Part shown: positions 52,641-64,000 of the stretch, one piece after another
Numbering within the stretch: position 1 is the stretch's first letter
Layout: each line of letters begins with the position of its first letter
NCBI GenBank assembly: GCA_047967505.1
Contig: CM106538.1
Length of the DNA stretch: 64,000 nt
Direction: 5' to 3' (one strand)
From: Dipteris shenzhenensis
Lineage: Eukaryota
Notes under the pieces: generated by a model
Seen by the model: only the letters and a program-made list of their open reading frames with translations
Databases searched by the model: none
What the model was told of the DNA's origin: nothing
Program-made: the position numbers and the translations under genes

Positions 52641-54959
52641 GAGAGAAAGATGGAGGATCTAAAGGGATACAAATAGCGAGTGTAACTTAGCCCAATCATA
52701 AAAATTCAAACAGAAATAGAAATATTCAAAATTTTCCCTTTCTCAAATTGAGCAAAACATTACCATACCTTTCAAATAGGGGGCAAGCCAAAAATAAAAT
52801 TCTTAGACTAAAATGCAATTCAAAATCTTTCCAAGCCATAAATGGAGCTTAATTATAGAGTTCTAAAACATGAAGTGTTAAAATTAGAGATTCAAATAAA
52901 GCATAAAATATTCTAAAATGGCCAATAAAAGTGCAAAGCCCATGTCATATAGAAAATGCTAAAAGACAATCCTTAAATTTAAAGAAAGGACTTCACAAGT
53001 GAAACAAGCAGACAAGCTTTAGTTCTTTTACATTGAGGAGCAAGAGTGTTCTACCTTCTTAGTTACAGGTTCTCGGTATGGACTTATTTTGTAATGGTTT
53101 AGAATTAACTGTTTGCCTCCCGCGTCGTGTACTTACTACTGCCATACTCCAAAGCCTCTCTTCTCCATTAATAACTTTTTCACACCATCGTGATGGAGCG
53201 GCTACTTACCTTGGATCCTTATTTGATTATGATAGCCATGCTACCTCCATTTCTCTCGATCTTTTCATTGTGTTATGCTCTACTGTGTCGCTACTACTGG
53301 TCCGCCACCTTGGCATCTTCTCCTTGCTTGGCACTTAAGAATGTCCCAAGTTCTTGCTTGAGCTCTTTCAAAGCATGCTATGGTCTGGTCTACTATCCTT
53401 CCTCTACCAAACAAACTTCGAACAGAGCAATACTGCTCCCTCCTTCGGATGATATATTGATAGCCATTGGTTATTTGCTCTTTGATTCACAGTGGAAGGT
53501 CTTATCGTTGCTATTATTTACACTTTTCATTGAAGCTACTTGGTTGGGCTATGAGTTGTGAGTTCAATTGCTTTAGTACATGTTTCTTTATTGGCAGTTC
53601 AAGTAGTGGATCTGAGTCGTCTCTTTTTCTCTATATACCAAGCTAGGGACGGTTGTAAGATATGTCCACAATAGCACCCAGTACTCCACTATGGCACTAT
53701 GGAGAGATGTGCCCATTAATTGCTTTTCTCCCACCTCTCGAGAGCACAAAGAGAAAGGGAAGAGAAAGGAAGTACACCAGTGTATCCAAAGCTTCTCTTG
53801 CAAGGGCACCGAACCCAAGTTGCTAGAGGCAATCAAGCAGAGACTTACTCCTCGACTATAGCAACACAACACAGACTACAACAGCTGGATATTGAAGCAT
53901 GCGAGATGAAGGAGAGCCTGACACAGGGAGACAACCTTGATACTAGAGTTACCACAAGCTTTGATACGAATGGAGATTAACTAGGTGAGAAGGCCCTCAC
54001 TAGGCATTCGTTGCACTTCCTCCCCGCAGTTATCTCCACTCCCGATGAACAACCGCTATAGGATTAGAACATCCTTTCAGACCCATCACAGTGGGCAACC
54101 TGAGTGGCACTATGAGGGCTTGAGGAGAGACCCCAAAATATGCATAGCCAAGAAGCTAGACTCCCGGGTAGTATCGACGCTAAAGAGAGCTGATCCGACT
54201 GTATTACTCTGCATGAGTAACCGTCGGCGGGGTCACTATTCCCCTATGAACACACTATTCAAAATTTTTGGACTTACAGTGTAAAGTCCAATTTGAGAAA
54301 TGGACTAAAAAACAGCCCAAAAATTTTGAATATACTAGTAATGTTGTTTTTTGAACTAGATTTGCCAACTCAAAACAAAATATTTAATGATTAAGTACTA
54401 AGAACATCAATGCATAACCAAATCTCTTACAAAGGTGGTCTACATAAACATCTTCATAACTTCACAAAAATCTGTTACAAAGTGGTCTACATGAACATCT
54501 TCATAACTTCTTGTGATTACAAAGTGGTCTACATAAACATCTTCATAACTTCTTGTGAATTGAGCTACTATGACCTAAGAACATCAATAGATGACCAATT
54601 CTCTTAGAAAGGTGGTGTAAATAAACACCTTTATGTATAAGTGGTGTGCACACACCTTTATGACCATTTCTTTTAGAAAGGTGTTGTACATGAAGCCCTT
54701 AGAAAGGTAGTGTAGATAAATCCTTTTATGTGTAAGTAGTGTACATATACACCACACTTAGTATTAAAAAACACCCTTAACTATAAAAATACATTTAACA
54801 TAAAGTTGAAAATACACCATTAAGTATAAAATGGCCCTCATAAACAATATTTATACACAATAATGAGAGTAAAGAAATTAAAAAAGTAGTAAACTTTTTA
54901 TTAGATATTCGCTTTACATAGAAGTTCAAAACTTGTGATTACAAAGCCGTTAGCCATCA

Positions 54960-57900
54960 TGTTACTCAGTACCAATGTCCTCAATGCCAGGCCCTTGACT
55001 ACCAGGGTCCTGACTAACAGACTGCTCTAAGACTGGAGTCTCAGTAGCAAGGTCCTCAGTGGTTTGCTCTTCAGTTCCAAGCACCTGGCTAGTAGGCTGC
55101 TCTAGAGTCTCATGACCAAGTTCTTGGTAAGTAGGGACCTGGCTACTAGGTTCCTGACTAGTAGGCTACTCTGGAGTCTGTAAGGTCATGGTTGAAGAAC
55201 CATCTATGCCTCCTGGTAACTCCTCCTAGTCATGCTTTGCCTCATCCATACCTTCTTTGAGTAAGGCTTCCTTGCTTGATCCATTTGCCTGTCCTTCACC
55301 CAAGATTGATCCACTTGCCTGTCCTTCACCCAAGATCAAGGGTGCCTTCCTCACTTTTAATTTTAAGGGAAGTGCTTCCACCTCTTTAGCCTTACCTTTT
55401 CCTATGACGTGCTATACTACTGTAACTTCTTGTTGCCGCGAGCCTTCCTGTATGATGAGTGGAACCTCCTTGACTCTAGTTGACAATTGATCACCCTTAT
55501 TCTTTGTGCGGATTTCTTCTTGCCGTAAGTCATCAGATGCAGAGCTTTTATCCTCATCATCACCTGAGCTAGAATCATCACCCTCAGACTCACTACCCTC
55601 TTCTTTGACATTTTCCTCTTCAAAGAAGGTAGTGCAACTGTAATATGTGTCAAAGAACTCAATTTGATGGGAGGTATCAATGACATTTACATTTCTACCT
55701 TGGCATAGCAATTTCTCAGCAGCAAAACCCATTCGATACAATGCTACTTCCCACCCATCATTCAATAAATTCTTTGTCATCTCTAGTATCACATCAGGAT
55801 CCATCGGCTTTCTGTAATCCACCATTGCTGCATCAAGCTTAACCTTATTGTCCTCAAAGTAATGAAGCTCGAGAGTCCTTAAAGGAATTTGGATTAGATT
55901 GCCACCACCCCTCAATAAGAAGCACATCAAGAAAGGCTACAAGACTTGAATGGCAGTGCCTTCCAAGATAGTCATATGATTACGTAGGACTATACCATGG
56001 TATACTTTTGAAAGTAAATACCCAAATGCAGATGTCAAACTCGCATATAAGGCATCCCTTTGTGATTCTATCACGAACAGGACCAACGTTGATCTTTTCT
56101 TATCTGCCATAGGACCTTCTACGATAAACCGCACAAGTTCAACTATCCGTGACACTGCAAGGTCTTGCAATTCATCTATGAAAAATACGCATGGCTTCTC
56201 CCCAGCATGACCGCTCATTGTTATGAAATGCTCTGTATCAATGCCATTGATGTGTGCAAATTTTGTATCATTCTCTGATAACAGGATATCATAAGAGAAG
56301 CTGAATGGAGAACCATCATCTAAACCACCAATTGCTCTACCTTGGGTAGTGGACTTCAAGGCCTTTTTCTTGATGTCCATATATTCTGTCTCAACAACCT
56401 TTGGCATTTTAGCTCTTAGATCCTTTGTTGGTGTGGCATGTGCATCCATTGAAGCCAACCACTTTCTAGCCCATGTCTTATCAAGGAGTTGACCTAGGCT
56501 AAGTGCTTTCTTCTTATCCACATCAATTGACTTGCCAGCTAATTCATCATTAGATTTCAATAAAAATAATAGTGCCGAGAGAGCAGCATCACTTTGAATC
56601 ATTCGGGTGACCACTTCATCTAAGTTGCTATGCTTGCTCTTCTTTCCAAAGAAGCAGTCACCACTTAGGATCTTCTTGCATACTTCTTATGTTATTGCAT
56701 CTAGAACAAACCTTAATGCTCTCCACCAAACAATAGACATCGGTTTCTTTATTTATTTCCTCTGAGTTGCAATGTGCTCTGGTGCCTCAAAGGATATCTT
56801 CCCTGTTTCATATGCTTGGCAAACATCCACGATGCTCTGAAACACTGAGTCCTCATGGAAGACAATGCAAGTAACATCCCTGTATCTTGCAACGGCGGTG
56901 TTCAAATCCTTTGCCTCAACCTTATTACCTGGTATGCCTTGTGTATTGCTTACAACACCTTTCAAGCATCTATAGAACTGAGTCCTCTTTGCCATGTACT
57001 CAGATGTAGGTCTCCTGCCCTTCACTGTTTGTGGCTTTCCACAGCCCATCCATAACTCCCTTGCCTTTATCAAGATCTCAGAAAGAGAAGAGCTTTTTTT
57101 CAACCTAAATGGAGCAGAATTCAGCCTTTCTGATTCTAGAATGTACTTCGAGTCATCCTTAAATATGCATATATGACAAACGACTCATTGAAACTTTTCC
57201 ATCCACTCAATCTGTGGCAAGTTTCCTTTTTCTTCCCTCATCAAGGGCGATCCTGCAAGCTTCGCAAAAGTGTTGCCCATCAATGGGCTCAAACCTGCAT
57301 CTTTCCAAGAATCTATTCTTTGCCAGCATGTATCTCTTCTCAATGTCACTCCCATATCGGCTTTGGTACAAAGCCTCTCCACGAACAAAGTCACTCCTTC
57401 TAAAGTTCTCAAAAGCATCAAGAAAGTCCACGCGCTTTTGAAATGTGACATCAGGCAATGTAGGATCATCTTCTTGAAGTCTCTTAAATGCCATAGGACG
57501 AAGAGTGATATTAGTGGCAACTGGAGTTCTTGTTTTCCTCGTATCTTCATACAATTTGCGTGCAAATATCTTATCGAGCTTTCTTTGATTTGTGAACAAC
57601 GAAGCTCAATCAATAAGCATTGTGGCCACGCTGAATTGTGAAAATCCCCAAATGTATCCCTCATCCTCTGGAGGATGTAAGTCTGCCACACTTATTGAAA
57701 AGTCTTCGAGACTTGTATCTTCTTCTTGCGGATCCTCCTCTTCATCGCTATCCAATTTTTCGCCTGGTTTTAAATAGCCTGCACTTGAACGATCTGCACG
57801 TGGAGTAGGAGTTATTTTTGCTCTCTTTCTGGGAATAGCTGTAGAACTTGAATCTGCTCCACGATCACTCCTTCTTGTTCCTGTAGTTGCAGTAGTCGAT

Positions 57901-58379
57901 GGTGTAGGTACAGTTGGAGATACTGTAGTTACACTTGCCGGAGTTATCGGAGTTACCACCACAGATATTGACGGTACTTGAGGGTTTTATGTTATCGATG
58001 GCGTACTTACTGCTACTGAAGGTACAACACCACCACTTGGAAATGCATCCCACATTTTCTTTAATGCTTCTAAGGCACTAAGTAATTCTTGGGATCCCTC
58101 AATTGAATTTGGTAACAGCTTCAAGAAGTGCTTTGTAGTAACTCGTAACTTGTAAACCACCTCGTCATTCTTTCCTTTGCACACAACTTCTATCAAATTG
58201 TTTTCTTTAATGTTGATGTTTGAGACCATGCCACCATTTCTTACTGCCTCTGTAGAATATTTCGCGCTTGATATATTCTCTACAGTGATCACCAAAAAAT
58301 ACTTTGATTTGCGCTCCATAAAATACCAAGCATGTTCAAGGTATTTGAAAGACACCTTGGAGCCAAAACTGGAAGCCAT
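54960..58379 (-). pseudogene. Large (about 1100 codons) accessory gene of the Sola-like element: ParB/Srx-like domain plus possible degenerate beta-class DNA methyltransferase-like domain
   Basis: Six consecutive minus-strand ORFs linked by single stops or frameshifts from an ATG at 58379. Motifs NQRKLD, FEPIDGQH, VVCHICIF..YILESERLN, and RKPMDPDVILEMTKNLLNDGWEV..LLCQGRNVNVID. The gene's existence is well supported; the domain labels are inference. Confidence 0.55.
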
Positions 58380-58619
58380 ATTTTTCTGAAAAACAATCAA
58401 AAATAAAAAATGAGAATTACAATGATTTTCAAACTCAAAATATTAAATAAATTTTTAATTAAATATTATTTTAAGTTTTATTTATTTTTAATTTTTAAAA
58501 TAAAATAATTTTTTTTCTTTTTTAATTATTTTATTTTAATTAATTAGTTTATTTTTATATTTAAAATTTAATTTAATTTTTTAATTTTTTTTAAGTTTTA
58601 TTTATTTTAACTTTTTAAT

Positions 58620-59830
58620 TTTGAGGGGACAGGGCGCGGGGAGGGAAAGGGGTGAGGGAGGGGGAGGACGCGGGAAGGGGGAGCGGGAGGGGACAGGGCG
58701 ACGACAGGGGAGGGGGCCCCTGTTGCGCACGCAACAAGTGGGGATCCCCTCCCCTCCCCTCCCCGCCCCCGCCCCCTCCCCTTCCCCTGCCACTGCCCCT
58801 CCCCTCCCCTGCCCCGCCCCCTCCCCTCGCCCCCCTGTCGCTCCCCCTCCCCCCCTCCCTTGCCCCCTTCCCCTCCCCCTTGCCCCCCCCACCCCCCCCC
58901 TTCCCCTCCCCGTGCCCGCCCCCTTCCCCTCCCCTTTCCCCCCCTTCCCCGTCGAGCCCCCTCCCCCGCGCCCGCCCCCTTCCCCTCCCCCTTCCCCCCC
59001 CTCACCTGTTGCGCACGTAACAGGTGAGGGGGGGCATCGCCCCCCTCCCCCTCCCCGGCCCCGCCCCCTCCCCCCCGCCCCCCCTCCCCCTTCCCCTCCC
59101 CCTTGCCCCCCTTGCCCCGCCCCCTTCCCTCCCCTCCCCGTCTGCTCTTCCCCCCCCTCCCCGTCGAGCCCCCTTCCCCCGCGCCCACCTCGCCCCCTTC
59201 CCCTCCCCCACCAACCGCCCCCTTCCCCTCCCCCGCCAACCGCCCCCTTCCCCTCCCCTTTCCCCCCCTCCCCGTCGAGCCCCCTCCCCCACGCCCGCCC
59301 CCTTCCCCTCCCCCTTCCCCCCCCTCCCCGTCGAGCCGGCGGGGACGAGGGGGAAGGGGGAGGAGAAGGGGGCGGGTGCGGGGGAGGGGAAGGGGGCGGG
59401 GCGGGCGGGGCGGGCAAGGGGACAGGGCGGGCAGGGGGCAAGGGGGAGGGGGAGGGGGCGGGGAGGGAGCGGGGGCGGGGAGGGGGAGGGGGGGCATCGC
59501 CCCCCTCACCTGTTGTGCACGCAACATGTGAGGGGGGCGATGCCCCCCCTCCCCCTCCCCACCCCCACCCCCTCCCCCTTGCCCCCCCACCCGCCCCGCC
59601 CCCTTCCCCTCCTCCCCCTCTGCTGTTCCCCCCCCCTCCCCATCGAGCCCCCCTCCCCCGTGCCCGCCCCGCCCCCTTCCCCGCCCGCCCTGCCCCCTTC
59701 CCCTCCCCCGCACCCGCCCCCTTCCCTTCCCCCTCCCCCCCTCCCCGTCGAGCCCCCCTCCCCCGCGCCCGCCCCCTTCCCCTGCCCCTTCCCCCCCCTC
59801 CCCGTCGGCTCGATGGGGAGGGGGGGGGTT
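58620..59830. repeat. Extreme G/C-run spacer with strand switches and three TGTTGCGCACGCAACA-type palindromes
   Basis: G-run and C-run blocks alternate between strands. Palindromes at 58721-58736, 59007-59022 and 59511-59526. Abuts an almost pure A/T tract at 58440-58620. Confidence 0.9.
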
Positions 59831-59878
59831 GCTATTCTACTTTTATACATAAAACAGGTATTCACCCTAACAGAGGGT

Positions 59879-62800
59879 ATGGATGTGGTGTTATATAAGA
59901 AGAATGAAGTGGTGGCTTTTGGACGAATTCATAGTCTTGATCTTATGAATGTGTGTCATTTCCAACTTGTGGTGAGAGAAGATGTGTAGTGATAATCACC
60001 AACGTTGTAAATCCTAAAGTACATTTAAAATATCCACATGGAGACTTTGAAACATTGGGAGATATTTTACAATGTGACATATTTGATATGCAAGCACACA
60101 GAACACTCTGGGACCAAGATGAAATTGTTCCAAAGACATACTTTCAAGATATCAAGAAAACTTATTTTCAGGGGGAAAAAGTAGAGATGTTATCTTGCTC
60201 CGAAGAAGTTTTAGCAATTGGCAACTTTAAGGGCCATGCTCAGAGTTTTCTCTGTATAGTGGAGATAATTAAGTTGACTAGTGCAGGTGTCATTCAAAAT
60301 GCAATGGATAGTACTTCACAATCAGACGTCCATAATACTACGTCTCAACTACAAGTTCATAGTACTTGTAAATGGGGGTTAGCTTTCTTGAAATCAAGTT
60401 TGCCCAAGACAATTTCCTTCAATGTCATGGAAGACACAACGGAATATTATCAGAAGAAAAAGACTATAACACAAATGGGATCCAAATTGATAAGAAGCTA
60501 TAGTAGTAATCAAGAGTATCATAGTGGCATGCTCACAGGTATTGAGGACATTATAGTAACAGATGTTGATGTAGAAAAGGTTTCTTGTGTTGCAAGTGAC
60601 TCAATATACTCACTGGTATAGAAGACTTGTCTTGTGTTGCAAGTGACTCGAACAAGCTCACTGGTATAGAAGACTTGTCATGTGTTGCAAGTGACTCGAA
60701 CCAAGTGACTCGAACAGGCTCACTGGTATAGACTTGTCCTGTGTTGCAAGTGACTTGAACAGGCTCACTGGTATAGAAAACTTGTCTTGTGCTGCAAGTG
60801 ACTCAAACATGCTTATTGATATAAAAGACTTGTCTTGTGTTGAGAATAATAAGATGGGACCACAAAGAAAAATACACGCAAAGATCGATGGGATAAGTGA
60901 TGCAATAACAAGAATTGATGATATTAGTGACAATGATCATGATGTTACCACTCGAATACAAGGCAAAAGGGGCAGAGAATATGAGACTTATCATGTTGTT
61001 CGTAATATTGTTGCTAGCATGCCAGAGAATATAGATGGGAGAATCTTGAGTTACGAAGGAGAAACAGTTCAACCACAAAATTCAAGAGGCATTGGCAACA
61101 AATTGACATCAATGAACATGTCGACCAGATTGCCATTTCCAAGATATTATAAGGTATCAAATAATTCTCAAGCCCACAGCATTTGATATAAAGATGAAGA
61201 TTCAAGGGAAATGGATTCGAGGTTTGATGGTCTTACAACTAGAAAACGCAAGACACTATTTACAAAAAGAAAGTATGTGAGTGTGAAGAGGCGAAGAATC
61301 ATGGCATCAATTCCAGAACCAAAGAGACATGTGATGCTATCCGAGGAGAATATGGAAAGGATGCTTATGCAAGTTTGTTGCAAGAGACTTTGCATTAGAA
61401 AAGTTGGAAAAGATGATTGTGCACCCATACGCCTTGGTATTTGGAGTAAGACAACGCAAGACACCATCAAAGAAAAGGATGTCAAAATGTAAGACATGTG
61501 ATGAATTAAAAAATGCCATTAAACATAGTAAATGTTCAGCCAGCGAGGAAGATATATTAAATGGCGATCAATCCATTTACATCATGTGCAGGTTGCTCGA
61601 AAGGTTGTATGCTTCTTGGAGAGAGGAAGCTATTTCACATGTCGATAAGTCCATGTGCATCACCATTAATGGCATGGACCAGAATACAACCACTTTGCCA
61701 TGATATAGACGTATCCCACCGGCATTGGAGGGCAAACGTGGACTAAAAACACACTTGTGTGGAGTATTAGTACATGGATACCGAATCTTTTGTGATGTAT
61801 GGATTGATAGTTTGCATGACCATGATAGTAACCAGGTTGTTACATTAATCATGAAAGCAATAAGAAAGGTCAGAGATGCTCACGGATGTTTGCCTAACAC
61901 ATTGCGAATACAAGTTGATAATTGTTGGAGAGAGAACAAGAATAAATATATATTTGCTTTATGATCTATGCTGGTTGGTTTGAAAATATTTGAAGAAGTG
62001 GAAGTCGGCTTTCTTCTTGTCAGCCATACATGAAGACATAGATCAAATCATCAGTGTTACCTCTGGTGAGTTGAAGGCAATGGATGTTTTGACAATGGAG
62101 GATATGCTATTTCAAATGGGAAAAAAATTGGAGGTTCTCGCAAGGAAAGAATCAGAAGTGGCTATCTTAGAGAGGATGGTAGATTAAAGAGCATTCATAG
62201 AGCCACATTTACAAATAGGAATGATGCCCTAATAGGACACACAAATCCACACTACTTTCGGTTTCACATGCATAACAATATTCCAGTGATGCAATGGAAG
62301 CACTACTCAGTAGATGGAGATCATTTATGGAGTGAGTCATATGCTTTATTAAAACGAATAAATCATTGGAGGAAACTAGATTTGTTCTTGCAAAAAACAA
62401 ATCACTTGACATAGATGAAATGAAAGCTTGAAAGCCTTCATTAAACTCTTCAAAGTATGATGCAGAAATATCCCGAGCAATCAACTAAGAATTGGAGACA
62501 ATTAAATCAAGTGAAGCACTTATCCAATCTTTAGAAAGACAAGAAAACTTAATGAGCATTGAATACTCTGAATCCTTTTGGCCGGAACAAGCTAGGTCAC
62601 CAAGTTTTCCTTTGGATATAAATATGTTAGTAGATATGGAGGAAGCAGAGGAATGCCTTTTACCTCAAAAATATTGTGGTAGGAAGGGAGACAAACCCTT
62701 ACCAGAGTTTATACCATCTAATGAGATTGAAGAGGGTCTATTTGTTGCAGTTTGGGCAATCTGATCTAGGTTCAGAGTTGGATGACCAAGGTGGCCCAAT

Positions 62801-63174
62801 TTGGGTTGCAAAGGTTGCTAAGATAGAAAGGGATGACAAGGAACTCCTATAACATTTATAGCTTTATGGTATGAACCAAAGCCATTGAAAAATCTCCCAA
62901 GAAGATATACAATAAAACAACTCTATGAGGGATGCTTGCAAAAGAAACGTGAAATGGGTTCCAAATAATGAGGGTGGAGGTCAGTAGCATTATTCATTGC
63001 TGGAAATCGAGGACACGAAGTTTTAAAAAGAAGAATGGATACAATGTTGAAAAATGTATCACAATCCCTGATCCAAGTCATGTCCATATTAAACATCATT
63101 TGGCAAGACTTGACCCATCAAGCTCAAATACATTACATGAATCTGATGACTCTGAACGAGATTCAGATGCATAA
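59879..63174 (+). pseudogene. Sola-like DDD transposase B (DUF7869-like)
   Basis: CCKRLC, MSKCKTCDELK, ITINGMDQ (D1 reads N), THLCGVLVHG, HDSNQVVT, LPNTLRIQVDNCWRENKNKYIF (D2), FLLVS-HEDIDQ (D3); multiple stops and frameshifts. Confidence 0.8.
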
Positions 63175-64000
63175 GATAATGTTTTGTATGCTTTTTTCCA
63201 TACAAATGGTGTATCTATACACCACCAATAAGATAATTTATTGTATGGTTTGTTTTTCAAAAAAAGGGTGTATCTATACACCACTTATATATTGAATTCA
63301 ACAAACTCTTTTTTTTTCAAAAAAATGGTGTATCTATACACCACTTATATATTGAATTCAACAAACTCTTTTCATATGGTGTCATATTTTCACTTCATAG
63401 TGTTAAAATTGAACTTGAGTTAGGAGACTACTATTATTATTATTATAGTTATTGGATGGGGGCACCATGCACGAGTTTGGGAATTATAGCTTCACTGAGC
63501 CATTTTTTTTAAAATTAGAGGTTACCACTTGACTTTTTAGCTTAATAAGGCCATATTTGTATATAAGTGACCCATTTAGTGCTCAAAAAAACCCAATTTT
63601 TTAGCTCACTAAGTGAAGTTGAGTGGAGAGGATATGCTCCCAAAAAAAGTCCAAACCAAGAGAGAAAGTCCAAAAATTTTGAATAGTGTGTTTATGCTCT
63701 CCCTCACGACAAGGAGTCTGAGTGCTCAAGGGAGCACGGTGAAGGCTTGTGAGGATACCTCCCTGCTTGCGAAAGACCAGCGCCCTAAGTCATCATTTCG
63801 AACACATTCTATGCCTTGTAGTTAGATTTACAAATTTGTTATCCTTTTCTTCATGAAATCTGCAAGGAGCTGCTTCAATCTCATTGATCTTCTTTGTTGT
63901 GTAGCCTTCGATGCTTAGGAACCTTTGCATGCTGCATGGTTAGGAGAGGGACACTATCCCGATCACTTCTACTTATAGTTTCAAATCTTTGCAACTACTT

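Larger units (their letters stand above)
54249..63692. mobile_element. Complete Sola-like DNA transposon, 9444 bp, with two divergent genes
   Basis: Perfect 27-bp TIRs aacacactattcaaaatttttggactt (54249-54275, 63666-63692). 4-bp TSD TATG (54245-54248, 63693-63696). A 4-bp TSD and a DDD triad fit the Sola superfamily. Confidence 0.85.

Noticed and set aside
53040-54248. Coding-like sequence flanking the Sola-like element (continues at 63693-64000)
   Set aside because: Probably a decayed TE gene, but I could not recognise any motif or stable frame.
58602-59989. Long Pro/Gly-rich ORFs in all six frames (extensin/formin-like)
   Set aside because: They result from the lack of stop codons in G/C runs; no consistent frame or domain.

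Overview
Eukaryotic, intron-rich, transposon-dense land-plant DNA. The species cannot be determined from the sequence; a non-seed plant such as a fern, lycophyte or bryophyte is only a guess. It contains one apparently intact host gene, a 24-exon full-size ABCG/PDR transporter (minus strand, 39035-46795, about 1463 aa). Most of the rest is transposons whose ends I could resolve by TIR/TSD. (i) A complete CACTA-superfamily element with CACAA termini and two head-to-head genes (296-7889). (ii) A nest at about 11.8-37.4 kb: a Sola-like DDD transposase gene is split by a hAT element (13805-33223, carrying kinase and RING cargo) and by a young gag-only LTR element (33530-36444); the hAT transposase is itself split by a second, decayed CACAA element (19990-30709). 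(iii) A complete 9.4-kb Sola-like element (54249-63692; perfect 27-bp TIRs, TATG TSD). Opposite its transposase it carries a large decayed gene with ParB/Srx-like and possibly beta-class DNA-methyltransferase-like motifs, separated by a G/C-run spacer with three 16-bp near-palindromes. Element (iii) is my best candidate for an undescribed system. All domain calls are by-eye motif recognition, not database hits.
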